DNA of 64,000 bases from Tubiluchus corallicola (lineage: Eukaryota > Animalia > Priapulida): contig JAQGDQ010000113.1 in NCBI GenBank assembly GCA_030141605.1, forward strand, positions 186,001 to 250,000. The letters are read 5' to 3'. The notes below the pieces were generated by a model, which did not search any database, was not told the DNA's origin, and was given only the letters and a program-made list of their open reading frames with translations. Numbering within the stretch: the first letter of the stretch is position 1; every line of letters begins with the position of its first letter. A program made the position numbers and the translations under genes. Positions 1 to 29,995 of the stretch are shown here, in pieces.

Positions 1-84
1 TGTCCTTTATAAAACAAAAATCAAACCACATTGATATTGCCACCAACAAGTTCAAACTTCCCTTACGAACTGCTGGCGCTATGG

Positions 85-3000
85 TCACCACATATGTACA
101 TTGCCACGCCCTTTGTTTAATGCGAAGCTGCATAGGTTAAAGATATCAGGGTCTGGTATTATGGCAGTCACGTGTAACTCATCTCCTACGCTATTCTGCA
201 GTTTATATAATTGTTTTTTCTATCACAACAATAAGTTTTTTATTATCATTATTATAACCAAAATATTAGAATTACAGCACAGCATAAAATTACAAAATAT
301 AATTTTTTTAAAAGAATAAGCAAGGTACAACAATACAGAGACACTATTCAATTTATTGGGCTGAATTTCAAAAATATTCGAGTTTGTCCTTTCGAAAACA
401 AAAGGACGTCTTGTTTGTTCATACATTTCTTCATAAACTATCTCTATCTGGTGCAGTTGCGAAAACGAAGCACTATAGCACTCTTACAAGATACATAAGC
501 GAAATAAATTAAAATGACTCTAAACTTGTGTTTGGAAATGAAATAAATTAATCACATTAAATAATTAATTAATTTAATTTAAGAATTAAAATTAAATAAT
601 ATTTCACTTTTGTTTTCGTAACTGCACTACATTAAGGATGAGGTTGTACCTTGTAAGGTGTGGTTAACATTGTAATTGCCAAGTGTTCCTAGGACAATAT
701 CACTTGATGAAATATTGTAAGTATTTTGCAGTCGTAGTAGAGCATTAGCAGCATTCTTCGTATCATCCAAAGTGGGCAGCTGATGCTTCAACATTCCGCT
801 AACACGTGACTCTGAAACATGTTTAGTCATCCGTCAGATATACAATCGGTCAATCAGTCCTTCAAACCGTTAAGTAGACAAGTGCCAGAGACTATTATTA
901 TCCCACTTTTTAATGTGTTTATTATCAACTTATAACTTATAACATGATTCTTGTGTATTTTCTTTAAAAAATTGCTGGTCATTGCACAAAGTAGTAGGGC
1001 ATTATTAGCTTTCGCTCTAAAATTATATCAAATTTTTACTATTTTATTACAGAAATAATTTCTGAAACACTCAAGTCTCCAGTCTCCTAGACTTAAACTA
1101 AGTCCCCTCGTATATGTCAATGGTATCTACTAAAAAACAATTGTCTGTCAATTGTATTTTCACAAACACATTGTGTGGTCAGAAAACAATGAAACAACAC
1201 ATAAACGGAGCAATCAGAATGAAATCCAGTTGGAGTATTTTACATTTCGGCCTCTACCCCTACTTCCAAAATGGACGCAGCCAGGTAAGCAAGTTGTAAC
1301 TATCTCGTTTCTCCTAATTAAGAAAGGAAAAGTACAATAAACAATGGAGACATTATACGCAGTCATGATGTACATAATTTGTACAGAAACCTGTACATTT
1401 AGGTATGACTGCAATGAATCTGGTATGTCTACCACCTGCAGATACCCGCAATTTATACATGTACAAAGAGCGGCGGCATATAGTATTCGGTACCAAGTAT
1501 TGTCTGACATTCAAATCAATTGTTTGTAACATTAAAAATGAGTGACAGGTTTTATAAATCGCATTTTGCGTTTCAGTTATTGTAAACAGACATTATTTTA
1601 GTGAATTGATTTCGCGTGCATTGTCTTTTGTATATAATTATGTAAATAGTGTGTCCTCCTGTATGTGTGCTTTTTTGTAGTTGTATACTCTGCTTTATTG
1701 TAATTTCAGTAATTTAGTCATATGTTTTAATGTGTAGCCTTAATGACTTATATATATTTTAATTTCCTTATATATCAGCTTATATAAATCTGAAATAAAA
1801 GTGTGTATTGAATTGAACTGTACATAACCTATATATCTAAATCCACTTTCAAAACGATGCAGTTCATACAGGACAAACAATTATTTTACAAACTCTAACA
1901 AAACAGGAACAAGTAAAATTTAAATAGTAATTTCTGGTGTTGCAGAAAATAGGCAATTATTGTTTATCGTTCACTGAATTCATTATTACACAGAGTCGCA
2001 CGCTGGCGCTAGCATAATAACTATAATTCTCACATTTTCTTCTGTTTTTTTCTCATTTTAACTTTAACATTTTTCGCTTATTCCTTGTTTACATACTTTT
2101 GTATATAGGTTTCCCTCCTTGTTTCTATTTCACATTCAGCAGTTCTTACAAGCTAGTATAAGCTTCTTGATCTGCTGCAGTAGTATTATTGTAAAAGGAT
2201 ACTAATTCCAATCATTATACCTATTAGCTTGAGCTAAAATTATGCCATTATGTACACGTATGTAAATTGTATGCTACTGTGACATGCTATTGATGTGAAA
2301 TAAATTATTTGAAATTGAAATTGAAAATAATCAGAAACTGATTTACAAGTTTGTTGTTTTTATATAATCTGATTGGCGTTAACCATCAACCATCTGACCT
2401 CTAAACAGATCGGTCAAGTTTTTCCGAGCTTAACCTGGCGTGACTGTTTTCATTAAAATCCAAATTTTTGGGAACTTAATGGTAATTTGATTTAACTAAC
2501 GGGTTCACCGTGTACACATTTGACCGCAGAATAATAATGCTAGGCCGATGAATTCAGGTACCTTTACGTTCATTAGAAGGTACTTGTCAAAACTGATTAT
2601 TATATCGCTACATCATTCACATATTTATTAAAACAAAAGAATTTAAAACTTCAATTTACAACTGTTTAAAAAACATGTCCAAACGTTTTTTACAAAAGTT
2701 GTGTTGCCTTAATAATAAATGCTTTGAAGTACCTGTATAAATTGATTCACGTAATTGTTTTAACCCAGGTTTAAAGAAAAGATTTTGAAGTTTTGAACTT
2801 ACCAAATGTATCACCGCATACTTCACAACTCTTTTTACAATGCTTTAACATATACGCTATGTTGCTTTCACAATTACCTTCCTTTGCCCAGCCTGAACAC
2901 TTGTTCACCTCATCGTAGCAACCTATTGCAGTTAAAATGTATATTTAAAATAAAATCGAAATTGTTGACAGTATGAATATGTTTGTTCATGCATATAATT

Positions 3001-4495
3001 GAAAACAGCAGATAACTTATTAGCGCCGGACTGGACTGAATAACATTGCGGGACTGGCGGCTATTTACTAGTTGGTTGATTGGGTAGTAGCTGTTATTAT
3101 TATTATAATTCTTTATTTAAAATTTAAAATTACACACATGTACAATGGGTAGTTGGCTGGTCGATCATCGGTCGGCCTGCTGGTTAGTTGGTTTTAGTTA
3201 ATTGGCTGGTCGATCGTCGGTCGGCCTGCTGGTTAGTTGGTTTTAGTTAATTGGCTGGTTAATTGGTTATCTAGTTGATCGGCTGATGCCTAGTCGGTCA
3301 GTTGGTGTCGAAGTGGCAAACAAACTGCGCCAGTAGTAAAGTGACAGTTGCATAATCTTTGTAGCAAGCGTACTAAGTCTATTTGATTTTATTTTTAATC
3401 ACGGAGAACGATTTTTATATCAAAAAAATAATTCGATTACTGACATGCATAAAAGAATATATAAATTCTCTTACTTTTCTTCATTTTACATAGGTTACAG
3501 CTAAAAGCACAGTTTTGAGCCATATATAGTTCATTTTCTTTTACGTCACAGTCGCCCTTTTGTGCCCAGTCACGGCATTCCCATTCTGTATCATAACAGG
3601 CTGAAAGGAAATTTACAATTCCCGTGGTTATAATGGTTATTTGCAAAAGAACATTCATTCGTTTTTCTGCGAAACTGATCGGCTATATCCGGGGCGGGAT
3701 TATGACCGGTGCCCGTAAAATAATGAAATTATGGGGCTTCCCAGACGAAGCCACCCTCTGACTCGCCCGCACCCATCTTGAATATTTTTTACTCGTGATA
3801 TATTTTAGCGAATTTATATAGACTGAAGTAAACTTATTGCAAATTCTTTGAATAAACTAGAATAGCTATCTACAGTTTGTTAATAAAAATATTCTTTAAG
3901 AAATACCACTATTTTACTATTTATTGCAAACCAAATTAGCACGTATTTCAACTCATCCATAGTGAAAAGATTTTTTGCCAAACGTTACCAAAGCCTGAGG
4001 GCCCCAAGCTTGAAGTGCTCTAGGCTGCAGCCTACACTAGCCTATAGGACAATCCGGCCCTGGCTATTTCATTTGTCTTCAAAGTTTAGTAAATTTAGTT
4101 GGCTAATGTGAGTTTTAGCCTACGATGGTACTTAGTGACAATGCACTTGCGGGCCTCACAATTGTGGAACAATTAACCAAGACAAACTTTATCTGTTAAT
4201 GATTTCGCCGATTAACATTTTAAAGCGGAGCCGGAAATTCGTTTTTAAAACAGTTTGAGATAACCATTTTTATAGCATTCGCTCTATTATATTACTAGTT
4301 ATTATAATCGCAAAAATCAAACGTCGCTTACTTCAGATCTGTGCGATTAACGCTAAGGGTTTTATTGTAGTTTGTGTTAATTTATTTTAAACCTAGCTTA
4401 TTTAGTTCAGATTAGTTTAAAGCTGATACATGAATCCTCATAGTGCGAATATGTACAAACAAAAATGCAAAGAAGTAATATAAACTTAAACTCAA

Positions 4496-4531
<36 letters not shown>

Positions 4532-7500
4532 TCAAATACATATAAACAAAGATATATGCATACAAAGTTAGCTGATGTCACACAATATAATATAACAATA
4601 ACTGTCTTAAAACATAAAAGGGGTCCTAAGGTCTGATCACATTAAAACATTTAGTACTGCTAATGTGATTTTGAATGCAACAGAAAATTTTACAGTTAAC
4701 AGCAACATTAAAATCGTCACTTTCACAAAGACACCACGACAACGGCACTTTGATGTTAGACGCAGCAGCCACAGTTTTGCCTTATTTTGCACCTTCTTCT
4801 TAGGAAAATGTAAATTGAGTTTTTATGCCTTTTATTTTAACATTGTTTTTGTGCATTTTATGCTGTTGACACGCCTTGCATACGAAGGGCGAGACTAAGT
4901 ATTACCACAAACTTTTACTTACCATTTTCTAATGCATCATTCTTACATACTTTGCAACTTTTCCTACACTGAAAAAGCATGTATTTAGGATTTTTATCAC
5001 ATTCTCCCATCCTTGCCCAAGCTTCACAATCCGCGTTGCGATCAAAGCAATCTAAAATTATAATGTACAATGTAAAGATCACGTTAACTTAGAGTCAGTG
5101 CTTAGTTCACACCACGGTCGTAGGGTCATACTAGCTCCAAATACCCACACACCCACACACATGTTCTAGTCTTTTTCACAAATTTCCAATTACCCTTTAG
5201 TGCCACGTCAGGAAAACTCACAGGTTTGTCCTTAGGAAATCCCAGCCTGCATATACACATAAATACTAAAACGCCACAGCAATCACTGTTAAGCGAAACG
5301 AATTTATAAGCCTTAAACTACATGTATAAACTATTATAATACACAACAAACGTTTGGCAATTATTACCCTTGCCGTACTCGAGTGTATCGTGGTTAGCAA
5401 GTGTGATTGCAGAAACGTTTATGGAGTGTTATAATTGTTCACAATTTGTAGGCCAATAAATCATATGAATCAACCACGATTGCTGTGACTGTTTTTGCAA
5501 AAACGCCTTATAGACCACTCGGCCATATAGACGGTATCTCTCAGTGGTCAGCACAGGAAAAAGTTCATCCCTTATGGCTGTCCACGCAAATTCAGTATTC
5601 CAATGCTAGATTACGGTGATTGCACTAGATCGCACTAAATTAGAGTGATTCTAACTAATTAATTAGTTTTATTTTGATTAATTTTATCTAGAAGTTTCAG
5701 TGGGTGATTAATTAATTATTATAATCTTAATGTCAAGATTATTGTTAATGAGAGTAGTAATGAGCTACTCATTAAAATACTTACGGCACAAAAAGATCAT
5801 TAGTTCTTATGTAGGAAAATACTATTTTATGGGACTTTCTGTACAAGAGTAAGGCAAAATGGTGTTAATGACACACACCTGGATGAGCACCACAGGTATT
5901 GCAGCTTTTTCTGCACTGGTACATCATAAAAGCAGGATTATTCTGACACTCTCCTTTCGCAGCCCAATAAGCACAACTGTCTTGGTCGTCTTCACATTCT
6001 GTAAGCATAGTTATACAGAAAACTGTAATGTATGTAATATGATTACTTCCTATGATGAAGAAATTACAATACAGCATAAAAACAAAATCATATGTCATAC
6101 GGTTTTAGCGTTGGGATAGATCTAGTTTCTAAGCCTCAACAAACTAGGACAGATGGGTATGTTATCACTCTTTCTTTCTTTCCGCAGTACCAGTTACTCA
6201 TTTAGGACTGAATCTTGAAAGAGTAGAACGTAACTGAGGGGGATTCGAACCCTGGTCCTCTGGATCGACATCCAAGCGCCGTACCGCTAAAAACAGTTTT
6301 GAAGAGTGAGCGTTTTAAAAACTGTTTACTATGAAAGAATTAATAGAATATGAGTGCAATACGCAGACAAATGTCACTGTGTGTCCACTTTGCTTTTTCT
6401 TTTATTTCTTTTGTATTTTGTAGTTTTTAAGCTGTGCAGTTAGAAATATGCTGATATGCCCACACCTGTTTATTTGAAGGGCAAGTTGAAGGACTCTAGA
6501 TATGCAACCCTAGACTGACTGAAGAATAGAGCACAAAATTACAAGTTTTATTCAAAGTTCCAAGCCGACGAATTTAAGCGTATTTTTCATAAAATGCACG
6601 ACTGTTCCTGATTGCGTCTGCAAAATTAACGGCGTACACTTATATTTGTTATTATAGTATAATCTCTTATTAAATGACTTAATACTCAATTGCATTTCAT
6701 TGTTTCAACATACCAAATATTTCTACTGCATTGTTTCTACCACACCTTTTGAAGGTAAAGATAAGTTCTGAGTTGTATGGCCGAGTGGTTTAGATTTTAA
6801 CCAAGCCGTCTTGAGTTCGATACTAGCGGCTATGTTATTCGTTATTTGTGTGTTGCGTCCTTACCTGTATTGTTGCAAGTCGCTAAATAGCTGTTAGTGC
6901 TAATGTTGTCTGTTACACGAGCGACATTAAATAAATCTTGTCTTTGTCTTTATAAATAATCGTGACACAGTTTAGAATAATGCTGGTAATGCTTCAACAG
7001 CATAACAAATCCTATGATAAAGTTATGTCTGCAAATCTTACGGAAGAAGTAAATGTTATTTGTGAATTTCAAAGCAATTTTTATGTTTATGATTGCCGTC
7101 AGAGTCACACTGCTCATACCTAGCTCAAAGAAATGATCTCCTATCGATGCTCTCGACGTTAAATCTAAATTTCGGCCCATTTTTATCGCATGATAAGCGT
7201 AGAGAGGGTTTTCTGCTATTTCTGCGTTATCTCCGACTGACCGAAGCCACTCTCTTGTGCTGCTAATGGCGCTATAATTAAAATAGGAATAATTAACATA
7301 AACTTGTGTTGCCCATTTACTTGTTGATTCAGTACGAGAGAGAGAGAGAGAAAGGAGGGTGAAGAAAGAGAGAAAGAGACAGACAGACAGGCAGACAGAC
7401 AGAGAGGCAGAGAAAGAGAGATATAAGGTGGGAGAGAAGGGGAATGGGAGAGTTGGAGAGATGGAAAGAAAGCGAGAAGAGAGGTGGCGGGAAAGAGGTG

Positions 7501-7580
7501 AGAGGCAGAGAGGAAAAGTGAGGGAGAGAAAAAGAGAAAGATAGTTAGAGAAACGACAAGAGAGAGAGAGAGAGAAAGAA

Positions 7581-7657
<77 letters not shown>

Positions 7658-7862
7658 TTTACCTTTTAAGTTCATTTAGTTTTGCTGTTTCTTGTTCTAT
7701 ATATTCATTTAGCGTACTGGCTAACTTTTGATGAGTATCAAATAACATCTCAACATCATACATCGACGAAGCAACATCACCAATTCCTCTGACCGGCAGA
7801 AGAGACGTCACCAGAAATATGCAGACAACGTTCAACAATTTGTGATACCACCTGCTTCGCAT
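85..7862 (-). CDS. Secreted P4Ha_N (prolyl 4-hydroxylase alpha N-terminal-like) protein with four inserted ShKT domains, ~364 aa as modelled
   Basis: Phase-consistent GT-AG exons: 7862-7663 (signal peptide + DVASSMYDVEMLF..LNEYIEQETAKLNELK), 7271-7120 (NPLYAYHAIK, cf. P4HA HPVNAYKLVK), 6882-6865 (18-nt microexon), ShKT exons 5998-5879, 5051-4923, 3600-3475, 2922-2803, then 811-650 (LPTLDDTKNAANALLRLQNTY, cf. P4HA FPxxED..GAA.AL.RLQDTY) and a tentative 152-85 (DPDIFNLCSFA...W*). The last exon is uncertain. Confidence 0.8.
3153..3260. repeat. 49-bp tandem duplication in a TTGG-rich low-complexity tract
   Basis: ttggctggtcgatc-tcggtcggcctgctggttagttggttttagttaa occurs twice. Confidence 0.85.
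3690..4062. mobile_element. hAT-type MITE
   Basis: Imperfect TIRs CGGGGCGGGATT / AATCCGGCCCTG; 8-bp target-site duplication GCTATATC/GCTATTTC with 1 mismatch; related copy at ~15787-16043. Confidence 0.75.
6140..6290 (-). mobile_element. tRNA-derived SINE remnant
   Basis: Minus strand reads agcggtacggcgcttgga..ccagGGTTCGAATCCccctcag (B box), followed by AAATGAGTAACTGG, which resembles conserved SINE central domains. Confidence 0.55.
6775..6830 (+). mobile_element. tRNA-derived SINE head
   Basis: A box TGGCCGAGTGG and B-box-like GAGTTCGATAC; no complete cloverleaf. Confidence 0.45.
7335..7657. repeat. (GA)n microsatellite / purine tract
   Basis: Visible directly in the sequence. Confidence 0.95.
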
Positions 7863-10800
7863 GTCTGATGTTTATTTTGAAAACTGAAAAATCGTTAGAA
7901 AAGAAACAATCTCACAAAAGTCATGCTGACGCGCATATTGAATTTTTATTTTATCTCTTGTTTTAGTCAGTAAATAAAATTAAGCTTTCTAAAAAACCAC
8001 AGCAACAGGACATACACAACAACTTCGTCACTAGAAGCTTCCAAGTAAAATTTCTTCTCAGCTGTTGATGTGCTATTTAATTAAAACTAAACTAAGTAAA
8101 CTATCAATCAAACAAATCAGCAAATCCGTCAACACAGTCAACCAGCAAAACCAACCAGCCGACCAACTAACTATACCAGTGAAACAACCAACAACCAACC
8201 AACCAACCAGCTAACTATTGAACCACGCAAGCAAGCAACCAACCAACCAACCAACTAACCTGCCAAAAATTAGCCACCTAACCAACAATCAACCAACCAA
8301 CAAAGTAACCTACTAACCAATAAGCCAGCTAAGCAATCAAACAAAAACAGGCAAATAAGCGACTAATTAAATAGACGAGCAAATAAGGAAACAGAGAATA
8401 ATGCTGTTGACGTTGAATGCGATCTAAGACATTTGTTATTTCGCCAACAAGCAAATTCTCTACACTTAAATGCGAGTCGCCATTTTACCACGAAAAGAAT
8501 TGTATTGTTGTTTGCTCAGTGATAGTGGAATTATCGCTAATACTCTCAATTCGATTACGATGTAACCTTCCGGGATTTATGAATCACCTGACACCCAATA
8601 CCTGCTGCAGTAAGTATAGTTTCAATTAAATGTGAACACAAATACATGGACATGTGCACGTGTATAAACTATTATAACACATCAGAAAGAACTGACTGAC
8701 TTTTTGTCAACTGAATCACTTAATTTTACCTTTCAATGTTTAGCGAAATCGCAGTTGTTATCAGGAGATCTTGACGTACATGCAGATTATTAGTCGTTAT
8801 AATCGTATAAATTATTAAAATTCACGAATCAATGCAGTTATACTTTAACCGCTGCACAGGCACATTATCTGGAACATATTTACCAAATGCAATGCAAGTG
8901 AAATTTTGCTGAGATTGGCACATGAAAGTAATATTTTACTAAGCCTGGGTCAATGGTCTTGGCTGTCAGCCCATTAAACCTGAATGTCTCAAAAGCTTCA
9001 GGCTACTGTCGTTATCTGCGAGGTGCGTGCCGATACGGTTTGTCTACCTCAACATGCTTAATTCCTTCTATTATCACTCTTGTTTACCACAAATCTTTCT
9101 TGAGCGGTTGAGTGGCAGTCAGTTGAGGCTAGGCAAACATCATATTTAATTGTTTTTTAATAAATGAATGTGACCAACACTGTCAACAATGTCTTAACAT
9201 CACCGAAACTTTAAAACTGCATTTTCTATTTTTAAAGCTCAGCACCTTTTTCTTGGATTAAAGTATCATTTAGGTGTAAACGTTCTTATTAGGATTCAAA
9301 AATAAAAATTAAATGAAGAAATAAATAATTGAATCAGAGAGTAAATCAGCAAATGAACAAACAAGTAAATGAATGAATGAGCGAACGAATAAATAAATTA
9401 ATAAATAAATAAATAATAATGAAAAGAATTCATTTGTTTCTTTGATTATGAATCCACATTGATTATCTAAGTTATAACTATTCTTGATTTTTTACCAAGT
9501 TACTCACATTTACTAAGGTGATTAACCAAAGCTTAAGGTTAATGGACTTTAGTAAGAAATAAACGACGTCAGTGTCACAAAACGAGTTTCTAATGACGAC
9601 GAGTGTTGAATCACGTATGTCAACTGTAATTCACATTTGCAACGTGGTGATCAAAGAATGTTGCCTATTGAAAAATGATAATTTTATTGACGTCTAACCT
9701 GTTGACATGCTGCTGTTTGCTTTTTTCGTAGTCGCACTTAAAAATGATCTATTTAATAACCTAAAAAATGAAAAATAAACTTTTAGTAATTGACTTATTT
9801 GGTTATTTGTCTGAATACCTTATTACTTGGCAGACGGACTGAATGAATGGTCGATTATTTTATCGATAGGCTGTCTGTTTGACTGGCTAGATGACTATCT
9901 GTCTGCCTGACTGACTCGCTGGTTGGAAAACCTACCAAATCCACTGTCCGACAAACTAACTGAGTAACGAACTTTCAGTCTGGTTGACTAGTTATTAACT
10001 GACTGGCTAACAGACAAAAAGTGGTACGGTCTGTCGATTAACCAATACAGTAATTGATTACACAACAAATTAATAACTAAAGAGACGAAAAAATACGGGT
10101 GGCCTACGTAAATAACGCATGTGTTCTTTCTTAAAACAAAGAATGGATTCAATAAAACGTTTTGAAGCTGATACAATTCTTTATATCAGTTTGCATTATG
10201 TAATGATGTATTTTTTGTATGTAGGATTATAATAAGAAAAACTCTATCACGGCAGTCGCAATGACACTGCTTCATAACTATAGCTCATGAATAAATTTCC
10301 TTTTTCAGTTAATGGTTATGGTTATGATTACTACTATAAGTTAAAGTCATATATGGTCACATGGCACATCGTAAACTGAACATAGCTACTAAACGTGCGC
10401 CTTTGCGTATTCGTAAATTTCGCGACAATTGAGTTAGTGTACGTCATATTTTCTATATCAATATGGACCGGAATGTACAAAGAATACGCGGGGAAAATTG
10501 AAAATAAAGAAACACAGAAGACTACTTTATTGGCTTTATTGGCAGGTAATATCAAGCCGGGGATAGGAAATGCGCTTATTGGAGAAACACCTGCAAACAC
10601 CTGTTTCAAAAGAAGCCTTGCGCGAGCTGACTGCACAGGTTTCTTCCCGCGCACAAAATTAGTAAAATAAGTTTGAAGCTGCATTTGAGAAAATAAATAA
10701 ATTTATACATTAAGTTGCAGCACCGAATCTTGAAACTCTCAATTAACTGCTTTGGTGATTACTGATTTTCAAACTTTAAAAAAGGAAGAAGGTATTTTAC

Positions 10801-11019
10801 GTGAGCAGTGTACTATGGTTGTTGGCAAAAGTTATTCGAATCATTTTTATCAGCGAACCTAGCTGAAATTAGCATAATAAAGAGATACATTTTTCCACTG
10901 TGTAAAAGTAATTCGACTTTGTGCAAACTACAGAAAAATACTCGCATTGAAAACATTGCAAACTGAACAACAAGAACAGCGAGAATAGGATATTGAAAGT
11001 ACTGTCATCTGCATAGCAA

Positions 11020-28564
<17,545 letters not shown>

Positions 28565-29995
28565 TTAACTATTTATTAATGTTCAATGTATCTTGAAACG
28601 TTAAGTTGTTTAGTAGCAAATTTTGCTTTAACTAAAAACGTTTTTTAAACGCTCTGGTTGGTGTTCTTAAAAATGCGCTGCCAAGAAAGCAAACAATGAT
28701 GTAGTCCAATGGATACAAATTTTAAATTCTAACATTAACTGGACAAATCCATTTGTATTGCTGTTATATGTCACACTTGTTCAGGTCTCTTTCTTGTACT
28801 TTGTTGCAATTTATACATAGTTACGCGTATGAAGTTTGAAATACGATTACTTCTTTTATTTCATACACAGTAATTAAGACCAGCTATGGTACAGCACAAA
28901 CATAATATGCAAATCTTAAGTGAAATGTATGTCTAAATTACTTCAGTTACATAGCTACAAATGAAATTTATTTGTTATTCGTTGTTTTAATACCTTATTT
29001 TATTTTATTTTTTGCTTCGTGTCGTTTCGTTTTGTTCCGTACCATTTCGTGCTTCGTGTCATTTAAATACGTTTATCAATGCATTCATTTTAATTTGTTC
29101 TCCTTTCATTTCTTCCTTTCCTTTTTATCTCATTCATGCGCCCGTAATAAAGACAATAATTATTTCGAGGCATAAATGTGTTTCCGTCTTCCCATTGGCT
29201 TGTAGGTAACTACGCACAGACACTGGAAGCTAGTGACTAGTAAGCACACAAGCAACATATCATAGCTATATGACAGTGCAAATAACCTCAGTGATTACTT
29301 AACAACCAGATGAGAAAACAATGATGCACTACTTGTACTGTGATTGCAAACATATCATCTGCAAAACAATCCTGGTCCAATATTGTAATAATTATGATAA
29401 AAGAAACATTCGTTAGACGCCTAGTAAGCTTATAGTATTCCTATCATGAAAAACTGCATAGTTCCTGAGGATTGGTTTTCATAGGTTAACCATTGCCAGG
29501 TTTAATTTTAATTTGTAATTTGAAAGATAACAATGTGCTTGACCTTGTGACCACTGACCAACATGTTCATCCTGGTATAGCACCTTGTGTCTCTTAAAAG
29601 TGTTTGTGTATGACTCTAGGACCTTGCAACCCTGTTGTGCATCTTAAAAACAAAAACATTCCGTAAATCTTAAGCTGCCTCTGAGTTATCTTTGAGTAAT
29701 TATCGTTAATCGTCGATGATGATGCTGATGTTTCTGCTGCTGATGATGATGATGACGGTTATAAGGAGATGTATAATGATGGCAACGACTATAACGGTGA
29801 CAATGACGGTGATAATGACTACAACAATGATTAAGACCACGATTTTGATGATAATGGTGAATGATTAATTTTGGACAATTAGCACTGTTCAAAATACCTA
29901 AAATATTTTCATCCTTAGTAGGTTATTAATGATTAATCATTTTAATTTTGCAGAGATATTATTGGAGTTTTCGCAGAGAGGTTATTCTGTGGAAA

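Larger units (their letters stand above)
2803..5998 (-). other. Four ShKT domains, one per symmetric phase 1-1 exon
   Basis: CEDDQDSCAYWAAKGECQNNPAFMMYQCRKSCNTC; CFDRNADCEAWARMGECDKNPKYMLFQCRKSCKVC; CYDTEWECRDWAQKGDCDVKENELYMAQNCAFSCNLC; CYDEVNKCSGWAKEGNCESNIAYMLKHCKKSCEVC. All match the C-x-D..C..WA..G.C..M...C..SC..C ShKT pattern. Confidence 0.93.
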
